DNA of 64,000 nt. Origin: Octopus sinensis. Taxonomy: Eukaryota. The DNA is taken from assembly GCF_006345805.1 (NCBI RefSeq), contig NC_043006.1, positions 43,896,001 through 43,960,000 on the forward strand, in the 5' to 3' direction. The notes under the pieces are model-generated. The model was not told the origin of the DNA. It saw nothing but the letters and a program-made list of their open reading frames with translations, and made no database searches. A program made the position numbers and the translations under genes. Shown one piece after another: positions 51,130 through 64,000 of this stretch (the first letter of the stretch is position 1; each line of letters opens with the position of its first letter).

Positions 51130-51275
51130 ACCCATACATACATACATGCACCCATAGATATCTAAACATACATACATATATATACACCCATACATACATA
51201 CATGCACCCATAGATATCTAAACATACATACATATATATACACCCATAGATATCTAAACATACATACATACATAT
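51130..51275. repeat. About 56-bp minisatellite, about 2.5 copies
   Basis: The unit CCCATACATACATACATGCACCCATAGATATCTAAACATACATACATATATATACA is repeated. Confidence 0.8.
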
Positions 51276-51299
51276 ACACACACACACATATATGTACAT

Positions 51300-51344
<45 letters not shown>

Positions 51345-51520
51345 TAGACACACACACACACACAGACACACACACACACACATATATATATACACACATA
51401 TACAGGCATATATACATGCATACATAAATGTGTATATATAAACACACACATATACATATATATATATAGACACACGCATATACAAACACACACATACATA
51501 TATACAGACACACACATATA

Positions 51521-51551
<31 letters not shown>

Positions 51552-52903
51552 CAGCTAAATTAGTACCAAAATCAGAGTGTTGACAAATCATAAAGGCGTG
51601 TGTCAGTCATCCAATGAGTGAAATTCTATGGAGAAAAGCCAAAAATCATTTCCTTTGAAGTAAAATCTCTCACACAGAGCTATAAATCTGTTCATTTATT
51701 CATTAACTAACTACAAAACAATTCTTGTCTAAGCCAAGCAAATTACCAGGTAAATGCAAAGCCCATGTACATACGTGTTACATGTGTGTGTGTGTATATG
51801 TGTTGTATGTATACACTCTCATTGCTGAGCTGTTTAGTGCCATTTTGGTCCTTTTCCCTCAAAAGCACCAATTCTATTCTGATTGTATCAAGTTGTATTT
51901 TGGTTTGATTTGATATGCCTGATTTTATAATTATCCCTTTGTTTCGAGACACAGATGAAGCTGAAATTGGCAGCATCACTATCTGATTTGAACACGGACA
52001 ACAATAACAAGTGGTTTATTTCTGTAAAACTATTCAGACGCAAATAAACCTCACAACAATTCTATTTGGCTGTAATAAGTCTTTATAATCCCTTTGGCTG
52101 CAGCAGAAAATTTGTATCATTAACATATAAATTCAATGTCATCTATTGATAAGTGAGTTAGTTATATGCAAGGGTTATTTTTGCCATAGACGGATCACAG
52201 ATTAGCTGGCAAATAGACAACAGATAAAAGACCTTCAAATATTTCTTTCTTTCATCGCTAATAAAATTCAAATTTTTCCTCGCCACCGTCGACATCATTA
52301 TCACCACCGTCATTGTTGTCGTCATCATTTCTATTAAATTCTCCATCTTCAGCAAACATCATATCATCACCACCATCATCATCTCATTCAAAATTATGTT
52401 GATTAGATTCATAATTTTTATGTTGCTGATTTTAATATATATATATATATGAGCACATTTTACTTATTATAAAATATCCAACTTTTTAAAATTAATAAGT
52501 GTTTGACTTTTTTTTTTTTAATTAAATTAAATTTCTAGGTGAGTTCCCTCGCATTAAACAAAACAAATTAGGTAGAAGTGATCTGAAAAATGATGATTAC
52601 AATATAAAAAAAATTACTCCTCATTCTCCATATTTTAACCATAAAATTAAATAGAAATAGTTTTAATATTTACTGAATATAAGGCAGTGAGTTGGCAGAA
52701 TTGTTAACACACTGGGCAAAATGCTTAGTGCCATTTTCTCTGTTTTTATGTTCTGAGTTCAAATTCTATCAAGGTTGACTTTGCCTTTCATCCTTTCATA
52801 GTTGATAAAATAAGTACAGGTCATCAACTTATGACCACATTGTTTCCAACTGACTGGTTGTAAGTCAATTTCATTGTAAGTCAGCCTGTAGGCCTACATA
52901 GAA

Positions 52904-53136
52904 TTATTTACATTAGACGGATATTTGTCCGCATCTTGTTTGTTGTTAACACAATGTTTCGGCTGATATACCCTCCAGCTTTCTTCAGGTGTCTTGGGGG
53001 AAATTTCGAACCTGGGTTCTCATTCTTAAGGTATTTTTCGATGTTATTATTATTATAATTACTATTATTATTCCAGTCACTGCCTAGAATCGAACTCAGA
53101 ATCTTGTGGTTAGTAGTCTGCACTCTTAACCACGTC
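52904..53136 (-). mobile_element. tRNA-headed SINE with Penelope-like tail (left copy of the inverted pair)
   Basis: Reverse complement has A/B-box-like GTGGTTAAG and GAGTTCGATTC, an (AAT)n linker and the CTGAAGAA..CAGCCGAAAC tail. Confidence 0.75.
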
Positions 53137-53139
53137 TTA

Positions 53140-53193
53140 TGCGTAGTGATTAAGAGCACGGGCTACTAAACCCAAGATTCCAAGTTCGATTCC

Positions 53194-53224
<31 letters not shown>

Positions 53225-53395
53225 TATCAAAAAATACTTTAGGAACAAGAACCCAGGTTTAAAATTTCCCCTCAAGATGAAGGCTGGAGGATATATCAGC
53301 TGAAACGTGTTAACAACAAACAAGATGAGGACAAATAGCCGTCAAATGTAAATGATGTAAACATAATTCCTCATCTCTTAAATATAAAACTCTAC
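53140..53395 (+). mobile_element. tRNA-headed SINE with Penelope-like tail (right copy)
   Basis: GCGTAGTGATTAAGAGC...AAGTTCGATTCC, (AAT)n, and the same tail; roughly 80 percent similar to the left copy by eye. Confidence 0.75.
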
Positions 53396-54623
53396 ATAGC
53401 TTTGTTTTATATTTTTACATTCTTAAGGTACATTCTCAGGTAAAAGTCACACACAGCATTCTGTATTATACTATTATACTGACATTAGTCAAAAATTTCA
53501 GAGTCTCAAGCAGTTGTCTTATAAACATCTGTGGGTTAATTTCTAAGAAATTAAACCCATTAGATTTCAACTGGATTAGTTATTATTGCTGCCGGGAGCA
53601 GGCATGCCAATCGTCGTAAAGGTGATTGGTCATAAATCAGACAGGTCATAAGTCGATGACGACTTGTACCAGTCAAGAACTGAGGTCAAACTAATCAACT
53701 TACGTCCCTAACCTGAAATTGCTGGCCTTATGACAAAAATTGAAACCAAAATATCCTGAGTTCAAATTTTTGGCATAACTTTCTTTTCTGCTCTAGGCAC
53801 AAGGCTCGAAATTTTTTTGGGGGGTGGGGGCCGGTCGATTAGATCAACCCCTAGTTCACAACTGGCACTTAATTTATCAACCCCGAGAGGATGAAAGGTA
53901 AAGTCGACTTGAACGGAATTTGAACTCAGAACATAAAGACAGAAGAAATGCCGCTAAGCGTTTCACCCGGCATGCTAACATTTCTGCCAGCATGCCGCCT
54001 TCTTGGCATAACTTTCACTTAACAGTTTGCTCTCTTCAGAAAAGATGTCAATGAAACAAATAATACTGTCAGATATTCTTAGCCATGCCAAGTGGGACGC
54101 AGGTTAGAAAACATGACACTAAGGGCAACGAGTTTCTAGTTGATTACATACACTATGTTGCTGAGAATGACAGAAGCGCTCTAAGACAGAAGTAACACTT
54201 TGCTAAAGATAATGGTGGTTGTGATAATCAGGTGGATACCAGTCTGTAGAGATAGATTAGCTAACTAACACAAGCAAAATAATATCAATCACCTTAAAGT
54301 AACCAAAGAACAATACTTGTGAACTCTTGATCTTAGAAGGGTGTAGTCTGATATCTTGACCGTGCAGTCAATCGGCCAACCTGTTTAAACCGTCTACAAT
54401 TAATGTAAGACCATTGGAACTAATTAAGATGTAATGTAACCAGTTCTATTCTATAGCAGGACCTTATCACCCATATACATCTTGATACCAATTTGAAAGG
54501 GAAATAACAAGATTTCAGATTCCCTTGATGGCTACAATAAGGGTGGGAGGGGGGAAAAGAATTTGAATCTAATTCTCAAACTGCTCAATTTCAAAAGGAG
54601 ATAAATTAGATACAGTTCTATAT

Positions 54624-54659
<36 letters not shown>

Positions 54660-54779
54660 CATGCATACACATACACACACAGAGTCATTCAAGGTTCTTA
54701 TCTTCATGCTCCTAAATATTATAGTAAATGGCAGAGAGATATTAAAGCGACAGCGAGAATGAAATATCAAAAAGCATGC

Positions 54780-54912
54780 ATCAATGATGCTGATGATCAT
54801 GATGATACTCATGACGACAAGAATGATGACGATGATGTGAGAGCGGATGAAAGAGACAACAATGGTAATGGTGTCTATTGTGATGGTAATAGTAATAATA
54901 ATCTAGGCAGTC

Positions 54913-54944
<32 letters not shown>

Positions 54945-55052
54945 GGTGGTGGTGGTGGTGATGGTGATGATGATGATGGTGGTGGTGGTGGTGGTGATGA
55001 TGATGCGGCTGCCACTGATGGTGAAGATATTGTGGTGGTGGTGGTGGTGGTG
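54780..55052. repeat. (GAT)n/(GGT)n compound microsatellite
   Basis: Directly visible. Confidence 0.9.
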
Positions 55053-55962
55053 GAGTACAGTGTTGCTAGAAATGTTAAAGCACTGGACAAGAGGAAAGAG
55101 AAACATGTTATCTCCAAATAAAACACACTTCAGAGAATGGTTTGGAAATCATTTCCATAGTAACAAATGCACAAAGAGATGCGGAAGCCTTATCAACTGG
55201 GAACAAACTATAACTAGCAAGTTAAACAAAACGAAATTTTTTTTCCCCCATCTTTTTGTTCTGTTTTAGGGATTTTTTTTTTTTTTAGCTTTTAGTCTTT
55301 TATTTATTCATCCCCCACCCCCCAACCTCCTATTTTAACATCTAATTTGTAACTATGAAATGACATCATATAAAATGAAGACCAATAATGTAAGAAACAA
55401 ACGGTGCCTGCAGACGAGAGAGAACTTAACATGGTACTATATAGTTAACTTATAGGAAGCTGCAGAGTCTACAACAAAACTATTATGAAAATAATTCCCT
55501 GACTAACTTGGTATAATAGATACAAGAATTCTCTTATTTTCTCTTCCAGTCCAGTTTTTCTCACAGATATAGTAATTTTTTTTTTCTTTTTTTTGATTCT
55601 TCTTGCTATTTGTTGTATATATTTTTTTTTCCCTTTTTTGTTCTTTAACATTTACAACTTTGTTTTTTTTTTTTTTTTGAGGTTGTTCTTTTGTTGTTGA
55701 ATGAAAATTTTCATTTTAATTAACTAAATATGATTGAGTCATGAAAAAAAAAAAATTAAATTAAGAATTTTTTTTTTTTTTTAAACATGATATAATTTCA
55801 TCAGCTGATATTAACAAAAATCAACCCACAAAATGTTGCTTTTGTTTCCTATTTTTGTTTGTTGTATTTGTGTGTGTGTGTGTGTGTGTGTTGCACTTAC
55901 GCATCATTGTGTATAGATGTGTCTATATACATTAATTTTACATTTTTATTATGCGTGTGTGT

Positions 55963-56003
<41 letters not shown>

Positions 56004-58052
56004 CACACACACACACACAAATATATACATATATTTATATATGCATGCATATACATATGCATTCATACACATATGTACATGCACACACACACATTTGTGT
56101 ATGTGTATCTGCATGTGTTTCCATGTATAGTCACATGTATTCATGAAAGCAAGAGAGAGAGAGAGAGAGAGAGAGAGGCAATAGTGAAGCCACAGATTTA
56201 AGAACAAGACAATAACAAAGGAAAGAATTTTCAAGTACAGGTTCTAGAATATCTTCCAATAGAAAACTCAGAATTATCAGATTGCTGCCCGATTTCTCGA
56301 GGAAGGGTAACACGCACAATCAGAAGTAGAGAAGAGCATACAAGTGAATGCTTATAAGAGAGAAAAAGGAAGAGAAAGAGATTCAATAAGCCAGTGGTCT
56401 TTACTAAATAATGACTTCACATTAGATAAATGTAGCATGGGAGATAGCCAAGGGTTACCGTTACTGGCGCTATCCTCTATTTAACCATCATGTAATTGTA
56501 TTGCCATAATAGAGGGCCTTCTTGCTAATTATCACCTCAATAGCAGCTTCTTCAGTAGCAAAATGGTAGCAATGGAAACCATTTAACTACTTAGATTGCT
56601 TTTATATTCCGAACAGATTTCAAAGAATGAAAAACCATTATGTATGTCTATGTGTGTGTGTGTTTGTAGGGCGACACACATAATATGTGTGTGTGTATGT
56701 GTGTCAATGTATAGAGGGAAATAATTCATACACATCCTTTCAGATATTCCATATACACATGTGTGTATACACATACAGTATAAATCCACTATAAATGTAG
56801 TCGTGTAGATACATACATACACACACACACATAATGAAAATCCATGATATAAATTTCCAATATACATACACTACTGTGTGTGCACACAGACACACGCATA
56901 TACACACATAAGCACATATGTCTCACGCATATGCACGTATCATACACAAGTTCTGTGTATGTGTGTACATACATATGTACATATATATATAAATACAAGT
57001 ATATGTATATATATGCATGTGTAATGCATACACACATACATATAAATCAATGAATTGTCTTCTCTATAATCACTCAATCTGCTTCATGCCGCAGCTAAAT
57101 CTTTCTTCAGAAACAGTCCAGTATCTTCAAAACGATAACCATAAACTGAGAGATCTAAATCCTGCGATAGCATTCCAACAAATAAAGATGGGATCGGTTA
57201 AAGTCACAGATTTTGTTGAACAGTTAAGCCCAACCCAGTACAACACAATAAGCTGCATATCTTATATTCCTTCTTGTTGTTTTTTTTTGTTTTGTTTTTT
57301 TGTTATTAAGGTATGGGTCAGCTCTGGTCAACAAAACTTAGGATCAAAAGCATTCTAGTACTGACCATTTGGCTTTCACCAGGCAAAGCATGTGCAGGAC
57401 TACTTTATTCCATACATCATCCTTTTACAAGATATTAAGATGTGAATGGAAAGAGATTTGGCTTCTCTTTCTACTTAGTCAATCAACCATGTAGAGGTTC
57501 ACTCAGTTTCTAACACCTTTCATATCTGCTTATCTATGGCACAGAATTTAAAGTTCCTCTGTGCGTATCACATCATCATCATCATTTTACACCTATTTTA
57601 CATGCAGGCATAGCTTCAATGAGTAATCACAATCCAAGTCAGTTATGTGCCCTCTTGGATGAATTGGGTGCTATGTCTCACTAAAACATTCAACAGCTGA
57701 TATAATTTCAGTGGTCAGGTGTTTTTCCCATCACTGGCCACCTTACAAAGTCCACTATGTTCATTCTTTTGTGTAGCCAGCATTAGAGAGGTTGCTCTAC
57801 TGCCAGCAACACTAAAAAGATATCACTACACTATGTTGCCTTCATTCATTTGTTCACCATCAGGGATGAGAATGCCTGTCTTACCCCTAGAAAGTATGAA
57901 GAGTCTTCCCTATATTGTTTAACTCATTCAATCTTTTTGTTTTTGTCCTTTTTTTTCTGCAAACAATTAGATGAGAAGAGACAGTCATCGAAAAAAGAGT
58001 AACAAAAGAGAATCTGAGTAACAGGAAAGAGAGTGGAGAAAATAGAGAGCGG

Positions 58053-58111
<59 letters not shown>

Positions 58112-58226
58112 GACATTTGAATGGTAAGGAGAATAAACATACCAAGTCTGGTGAGGTATAGAGAGACTGACAGGAGGGGAAACAGGAGAAATGAAAAAGG
58201 GGTCATGTGTTGTGTGTGTGTGTGTG

Positions 58227-58262
<36 letters not shown>

Positions 58263-60827
58263 TGCATGCATGAGTCTGCAAGTGTCAATGAGGATTGCAA
58301 AATCAATAAGTAAAGCGCCGAACAAAAAATGCCCACCCACCCCTCCTGTGTTCTTTAGTTACATCCATGGTACGTCCCTTTACACACTCATCCATAAGAC
58401 AAATACCTAACAAAATGTCAAAGCCCATATAATCAGCTAAAAATTCATGAAGACAACATCGTTGAAGATCAGTGACTTTACCTCCCCCTCCTCCCCTCCC
58501 TATCACACACACACGACTACCTAAGTCACTTTCAAACTCTTAAAATATTTATAACGACAGGCAATTTGACAGATGTATTGAAGCAACATAGTGCTTCCCA
58601 ATAAGGGGGAAAGAACTTTTTTGTTTTTGTTTTATTAAATTTGCAGACATAGCAAACAAAAAAAAATCATTTTTTTTTCTTTTAATGAACTAAATCCAAA
58701 ATACAAATTTATTTAAACAAATTCAATATAATTGTGTGGAATTAAAATAAGAGTGTGTTAATGTCCTGAACTAAATTCCACAGATACAGTGATTTAAAGT
58801 GAAAGCGAAGTAATTTGACATCAACAATTTAATGAAAATTTAACATGTCGAAAACAGTGGCATACCGAAAACAAAAAAGTGTTGAGGTGGTGTAAACACA
58901 GAACTCAACAAAAAAGAGAACAAGATATGAAAATAGAATTGGATAATTCACGAAGTTTAAGAAGAGACAGAAAAAAAAAGCAAACAAAAATTAATTCTAA
59001 TAATTTAATAATTCATTACCAAATTTAAAAGGTCAAACAAAGATAGTAAAAGAAATCTCAAGTGATAAAAATTAGTTAGCTATACACAAACACACAAACA
59101 CACTTTGCTGTCTAGATTATCATATTTTCTAATTTGCTCTCAATTAGAAATATACTTATAATAATTTCATCTTCTTGGAAATCTAATCAGCTGACAATGA
59201 GTAATAATTAAAGACAAAAGAGTGTCAACAGGGGCAGGGGGGGGACAGGGGAGCAGTACTAATTTACTAAACTTACACTAGTAATGTTATTAAGAAAAGT
59301 AAATGGGAAAAATTTACACAATTCGAAAATTCAAACCTTAATGAGGAACTCAAGAAGAAGCAGAGAAAGAATTAAAAAAAAAAGTTTCATGCTCAGGTAT
59401 TGCGTTATTAGTCACCATTACCGATATAGGTGCAAAAATTATTTTACTGCTTTGAAACTAACAAAGTGAGATCAATTGTTACAACACCTGAGCAACACCA
59501 GACTAGGATGGTCGATGGTCACTTTTAATGCTTAAACCATTTAGTGGCAAATGTGTTGGTACTTCATTAGGTTAATCAATATGATAGTATTGATATCTAA
59601 TTAGTTCAGTGAGTTTGATGTAAATACCTGATTTGGACAAATAGTGTTATGCTAGTACTTGATTACATTATCAGGTGAATAATTACTAACAGGTGAGTTA
59701 GTGTGATGTTAGCCCCATCGTTAGGGTCAGTTGGTTTATTGGTAATATTGGTGTCTGTCAACTAATGAAGTTGGTAGATGAAATGTTAATATTTGATTTG
59801 GTATTAATACCCGATTAGATCGCTTGGTAAATAGGGTTAGTACCTACTTAAATCATTATAGAACTAACGATAATACTTCTTTTTTTTTACATGTAAGTAA
59901 AATGAATGACTAAAAATGTGGAGGCAATTTCATTTGTTCTACATGTGTTCATGCCCAACTGAATGAAGTTTTCACTGACATATATATGGGAGGGAGCTTT
60001 AGTAGGTATGGGGGCTCTGAAAGGGGTCTCAGGGAGTAATGTACTGCCTTCCTGAGCTAGTTTTCCACCACATTTCTTAAAAATCGTGGTACCACTCATG
60101 TCTAGAAACTGAGGTTGGGGGTAAGCAAAGGCATGCTCCCCGTAGAAAATCCATCTCCAAAAAGCCTCATGATAGCAAGGGAGAATGGACACCAGCCAAC
60201 CTAAAGGTTGGGGTGGGCTGCACATGCCTGCCTCAGTTGCTATGGCATTGAGGTAGATCCCCGTTAATGGGGACAAAACCCAGATTTAAAACACTGGATG
60301 ATGATTATGCTTTATTGATATACCATAAGAAGAAGACTGACATACAACAAACCACAACCTTAGAGCAGCAACCATTTATAAATTGAGAAACTTTCAGCAA
60401 AATATTGATAAGTAATTTCATATTTTAGTACTCAAGTGGGTCTAGTAGCTGAGTACTGGCATAGCCAATAGACATTAAAGTTGAATCAGAGGTGAAGTAG
60501 TGTCTATTCATATATTAGTAGCTTGAAGGAAGGGTAACAATACATACTCACAAGGTCTAGCAAATCACTGTTTTACAACATCAGAAATTGTCGAATTGAT
60601 AATTGCAAACAGTTTTTCCACAAGGCATTAAACTATGACAATAATTTAGCTACCATAAGAACAATGCCAATTATATATATATATTTCTTAGTTCCCATCC
60701 AGGTTTCTCTATTGGAAACAAATCTGAAATATTCATGTAGAATTATAATGATAAATTTTTTTGCCTCTTCTGCAGTTTAACTTCTAAAAGTTCGATGTTC
60801 CTGTTGCTCGTTTATTGTTTTCTTTTA

Positions 60828-61212
60828 TTCTTTTACTTGTTTCAGTCATTTGACAGTGGCTATGCTGGAGCACCGCCTTAAAGGATTTTAGTCAAAAGAA
60901 ATCAATGCCAGTACTTATTCTTAGTAAGTATAGTACTTATTCTATCAGTAGCTTTTGTAGAATCACTAAGTTACAGGGATATAAACACAACATTGGTTGT
61001 CAAGCGATGGTAGGGGGACAAACACAGACACAAACACCTACACACATATACAACAGGCTTCTTTCAGTTTCCATCTACCAAATCCACTCACATGGTTTTG
61101 GTCAGTTTAAGGCTAGAGTAAAAGACACTTGACCAAGGTGCTATACAGTGGGACTGAACACAGAACCATGTGGTTGGGGAGCAAGCCTCCCATCACACAG
61201 CCATGCCTGTGC
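60828..61212 (-). mobile_element. SINE family A
   Basis: Homologous to the other copies. Confidence 0.8.
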
Positions 61213-63914
61213 CTTAGCATTCTTTGATTTTCTAAAATCTTTTAGTCAAGAGAGAAAGGAAGAGCACACAAGTTTTTACAAGGCCTCTAAGACTGGCAGG
61301 AAGGAGAGGAAGATGCATCATTATACCAAAGAGCTGGGGTTGAAATGCACGCAATACACTAAAAGGTGAACTACACCAGGGTACCAAGTGGTGATGCTAA
61401 ACCAGGCACCAGATTAAGTCTAACATCTTGTTACTGTTCAATTGTAATTACACCATATACTGCCAGTGTCAACAGCTATCATAGTGTTGACAGTACTACA
61501 CAGAACCTAGTACTCAATATACTATCAATATTAAACCCATATAGTATTCCATCATTATAAATCTAGAATTAACACAGCAACATATGTAGTAATATACTAT
61601 TCAAAGTCAATACTAATACAGCATATTGTACAGTAATAGACCTCTGCTAGCATATCACATTCTGCCTTGTATAGCATTATATCATATATTATATTATATG
61701 CAACATATACCACTGCATCTTGTATAATAGCAATATATTATACATAGCCAGTCCAACAATGCTTCTTTTATATTGAATTAGTACCAAAATCTAACAGTTC
61801 CTGATATGATATTGTTACCCATACAGATATCACAAAGGCATAACTGCATATTATATAGTGATAAGCTTCTGCGAGCACATATTGTACGGTCCATAGTACT
61901 ATATTATATACTGCTAATGGCAACATATAATACTGCACCTTGTATAATAGAAGCATATTACATAAATAACCAGTCTAATAATGCATCTTTTATATTCAAT
62001 TAGTAGCAAAAATCTAACGCTGTTCCTGATATAATAGTGTGCATAATATAATACAGAAAACACCATAGCCAGTAAAGTATTGGACATGACACAACAACCT
62101 CTCTAAGACTGAAGACTGTTGTAGCATAGTAAACAATGTGTTGTGACAATTTAATAATGTGACTACAACAGGCTAAATATGACATAAAAACCCAAAAGAG
62201 TAGATTATGTAATTCTTTCTAAGTGACATATAGTGTCTATTATAGTTCATTCAGTCTAAGCAAGTAGAAATAATAGTTTTCAGAAATGATAACGCGGGGA
62301 CAGAGAGAAGACAATGAAAGTTGTAATTTTCTTTCGCTACCAATGAGAATGGCAACAGTAAAAATAAATATTTCCTTTACACATAACTTCTAGTATTGAA
62401 AAACTAACAATAAATATGTGCTTGCAAAATGAAAGATTCTCAAGGGAAGGAATTGCTAAGTTATTTATATCTAATTTTGGGTTAGAACTTTTCTATCTTG
62501 AAGCTTATTGAGGGATAAGTAGAGTTTTTATTTATTTTATTTTTATTTTATTTTTTGTTGGGTTTTTTTTTTCCTTTGTTGTCTTCAGTTTTATCTGATC
62601 TTTGAAAATATTTCTCCAAAACAAGAAGTAAAAGTAGTTTGTTCATGCACTATATATATGTGTGTGTGTATGTAAGTATGTGTGTGTGTGTGTGCATGTG
62701 TAGTGTGAAAAGTTATTGATAGCAGGAATACATGAGCAATTTATGACCTCTGTTCAATGCAAGTAACAAGAAGTAGAAAAATATATAATAAACTAAATGA
62801 GAGGAATACACAACATAAACCAGAATATCAGAAATATATTATACACAATTATATCAGATTAGCAAATCACAAAAGCTAAAGAAGAAACTTAATACTATTA
62901 CACATTCACACAAGGTTATTTTGAATTATTCATTGTTAAGACACTACTACACCTGCCAAATTCTAAATGAATTGTGTTAAATCCTACAATGAACATGATA
63001 ATATTGATTACAAGAGAAATAAGACTATCAGATATGGAAAAATCCACCTAATCTGAGTTTGCTTTTTCCTTCTTTTTTTCTTTCTTTTTTTTTTTGTTAA
63101 TGGAACTAATGCTCTAAGAGAAACCCCATGCTTACATGTTGCCATGTTATAGAGTTAGAAGAATATTCTTTTAACAGAGATGCTGCAAGTTCAATACAGG
63201 TTTGCAACTAGTAGAGCATGCAATTCCATAAAAGGAGATCAGTTAGGTACCCTCTTGCTGAAGGGTACCCAGTCAAATAAAAGCAGTAATAAAGCACCAG
63301 AGAAAACATTTAACACAAACTGCTTTGAACCCAGTCATGCCTCAACAAATGTATATATATCCAGAGAAGATATAGCTATGTGGTTAAGAAACTCACTTCG
63401 CCACCTCATGGCATGGGAATGTGTCTTCTATTATAGCCCCGGGCCAATCAATAGATCATTTATCTTTGCTACATTACTGCTGTTGTATGCACCAGCGTTC
63501 CTTAGGTGTTTTCTGATTTACCTTAATGCCTTGCCTGAGATTGAACTCAGAACCTCTAGGTGCATTAACTAGAACCTTTATCCACTATGCTTTGCCTGTA
63601 GGCAGTGTTAAGAGTGAATTCTTAAGGCTTATAAGCCTCCGTTGATGTCTTATGCCAATTGGATATATCTATATTTCTGAAATAAGGAACATTACTGCCA
63701 TCTCAATTGCAGCTCTACTGAATTTGATAATACATGAAAAGAATTTAATTCTAAGAGTATTTGTCAAAGATTCCTACAGACTACCTCTGTTATCCAAAAC
63801 TCTACTCAATACCAATAAATATCCTAACAGTCTGTTCAGGGTTAACCAAGGCTCACAAAATAATGCTGATGTCTTCAAATGTTGGAGCACCACAGTCGAC
63901 AAGCTCAGAGAATA

Positions 63915-64000
63915 CTAACCCTTTAGCATTTAAAGCAGCCATATTTGGGCAAAATATCTTATCTGTTTCATGTTTAAACCAACTGTATCTAGACTTGTGT
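63915..64000 (+). mobile_element. piggyBac-type MITE, cut by the window end
   Basis: CTAACCCTTTAGCATTTAAAGCAGCCATATT family 5' end. Confidence 0.6.

Noticed and set aside
53141-53200. tRNA gene-like A/B boxes here and at the heads of the other SINEs
   Set aside because: They are tRNA-derived SINE heads; there is no complete cloverleaf or acceptor stem and they continue into SINE bodies.
57017-57358. 113-aa plus-strand ORF with a coiled-coil-like stretch (LQNDNHKLRDLN)
   Set aside because: It starts in microsatellite, has no convincing donor or recognisable domain, and is on the opposite strand to the inferred gene.
63180-63572. 130-aa plus-strand ORF
   Set aside because: The second half is SINE sequence, and the first half has no recognisable homology or splice signals.

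Overview
Eukaryotic, AT-rich, microsatellite-saturated genomic DNA. The SINE and MITE families look like those of coleoid cephalopods, most likely Octopus; this is recognition from memory, not a database result. No complete protein-coding gene, rRNA, true tRNA or CRISPR array is visible, and nearly all ORFs in the supplied track are microsatellite or repeat artefacts. The window appears to be mostly intron of one large minus-strand gene that I could not identify. The evidence is one convincing internal exon (15972/15978-16096), several polypyrimidine-AG / GTAAG-flanked microexon candidates of 15, 6, 9, 8 and 8 nt that all lie on the minus strand, candidate alternative last exons (one ending in the PDZ-type motif ESSL), and a candidate recursive splice site. 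The introns contain dozens of tRNA-derived SINEs, piggyBac-, hAT- and Mutator-type MITEs (several with intact TSDs and nested insertions), fragments of RTE and R4/Dong LINEs, a 350-bp fold-back element, a head-to-head SINE pair carrying a hammerhead-ribozyme-like core, and a decayed histone H2A pseudogene. All exon calls were made by eye from splice signals and need RNA-seq confirmation.
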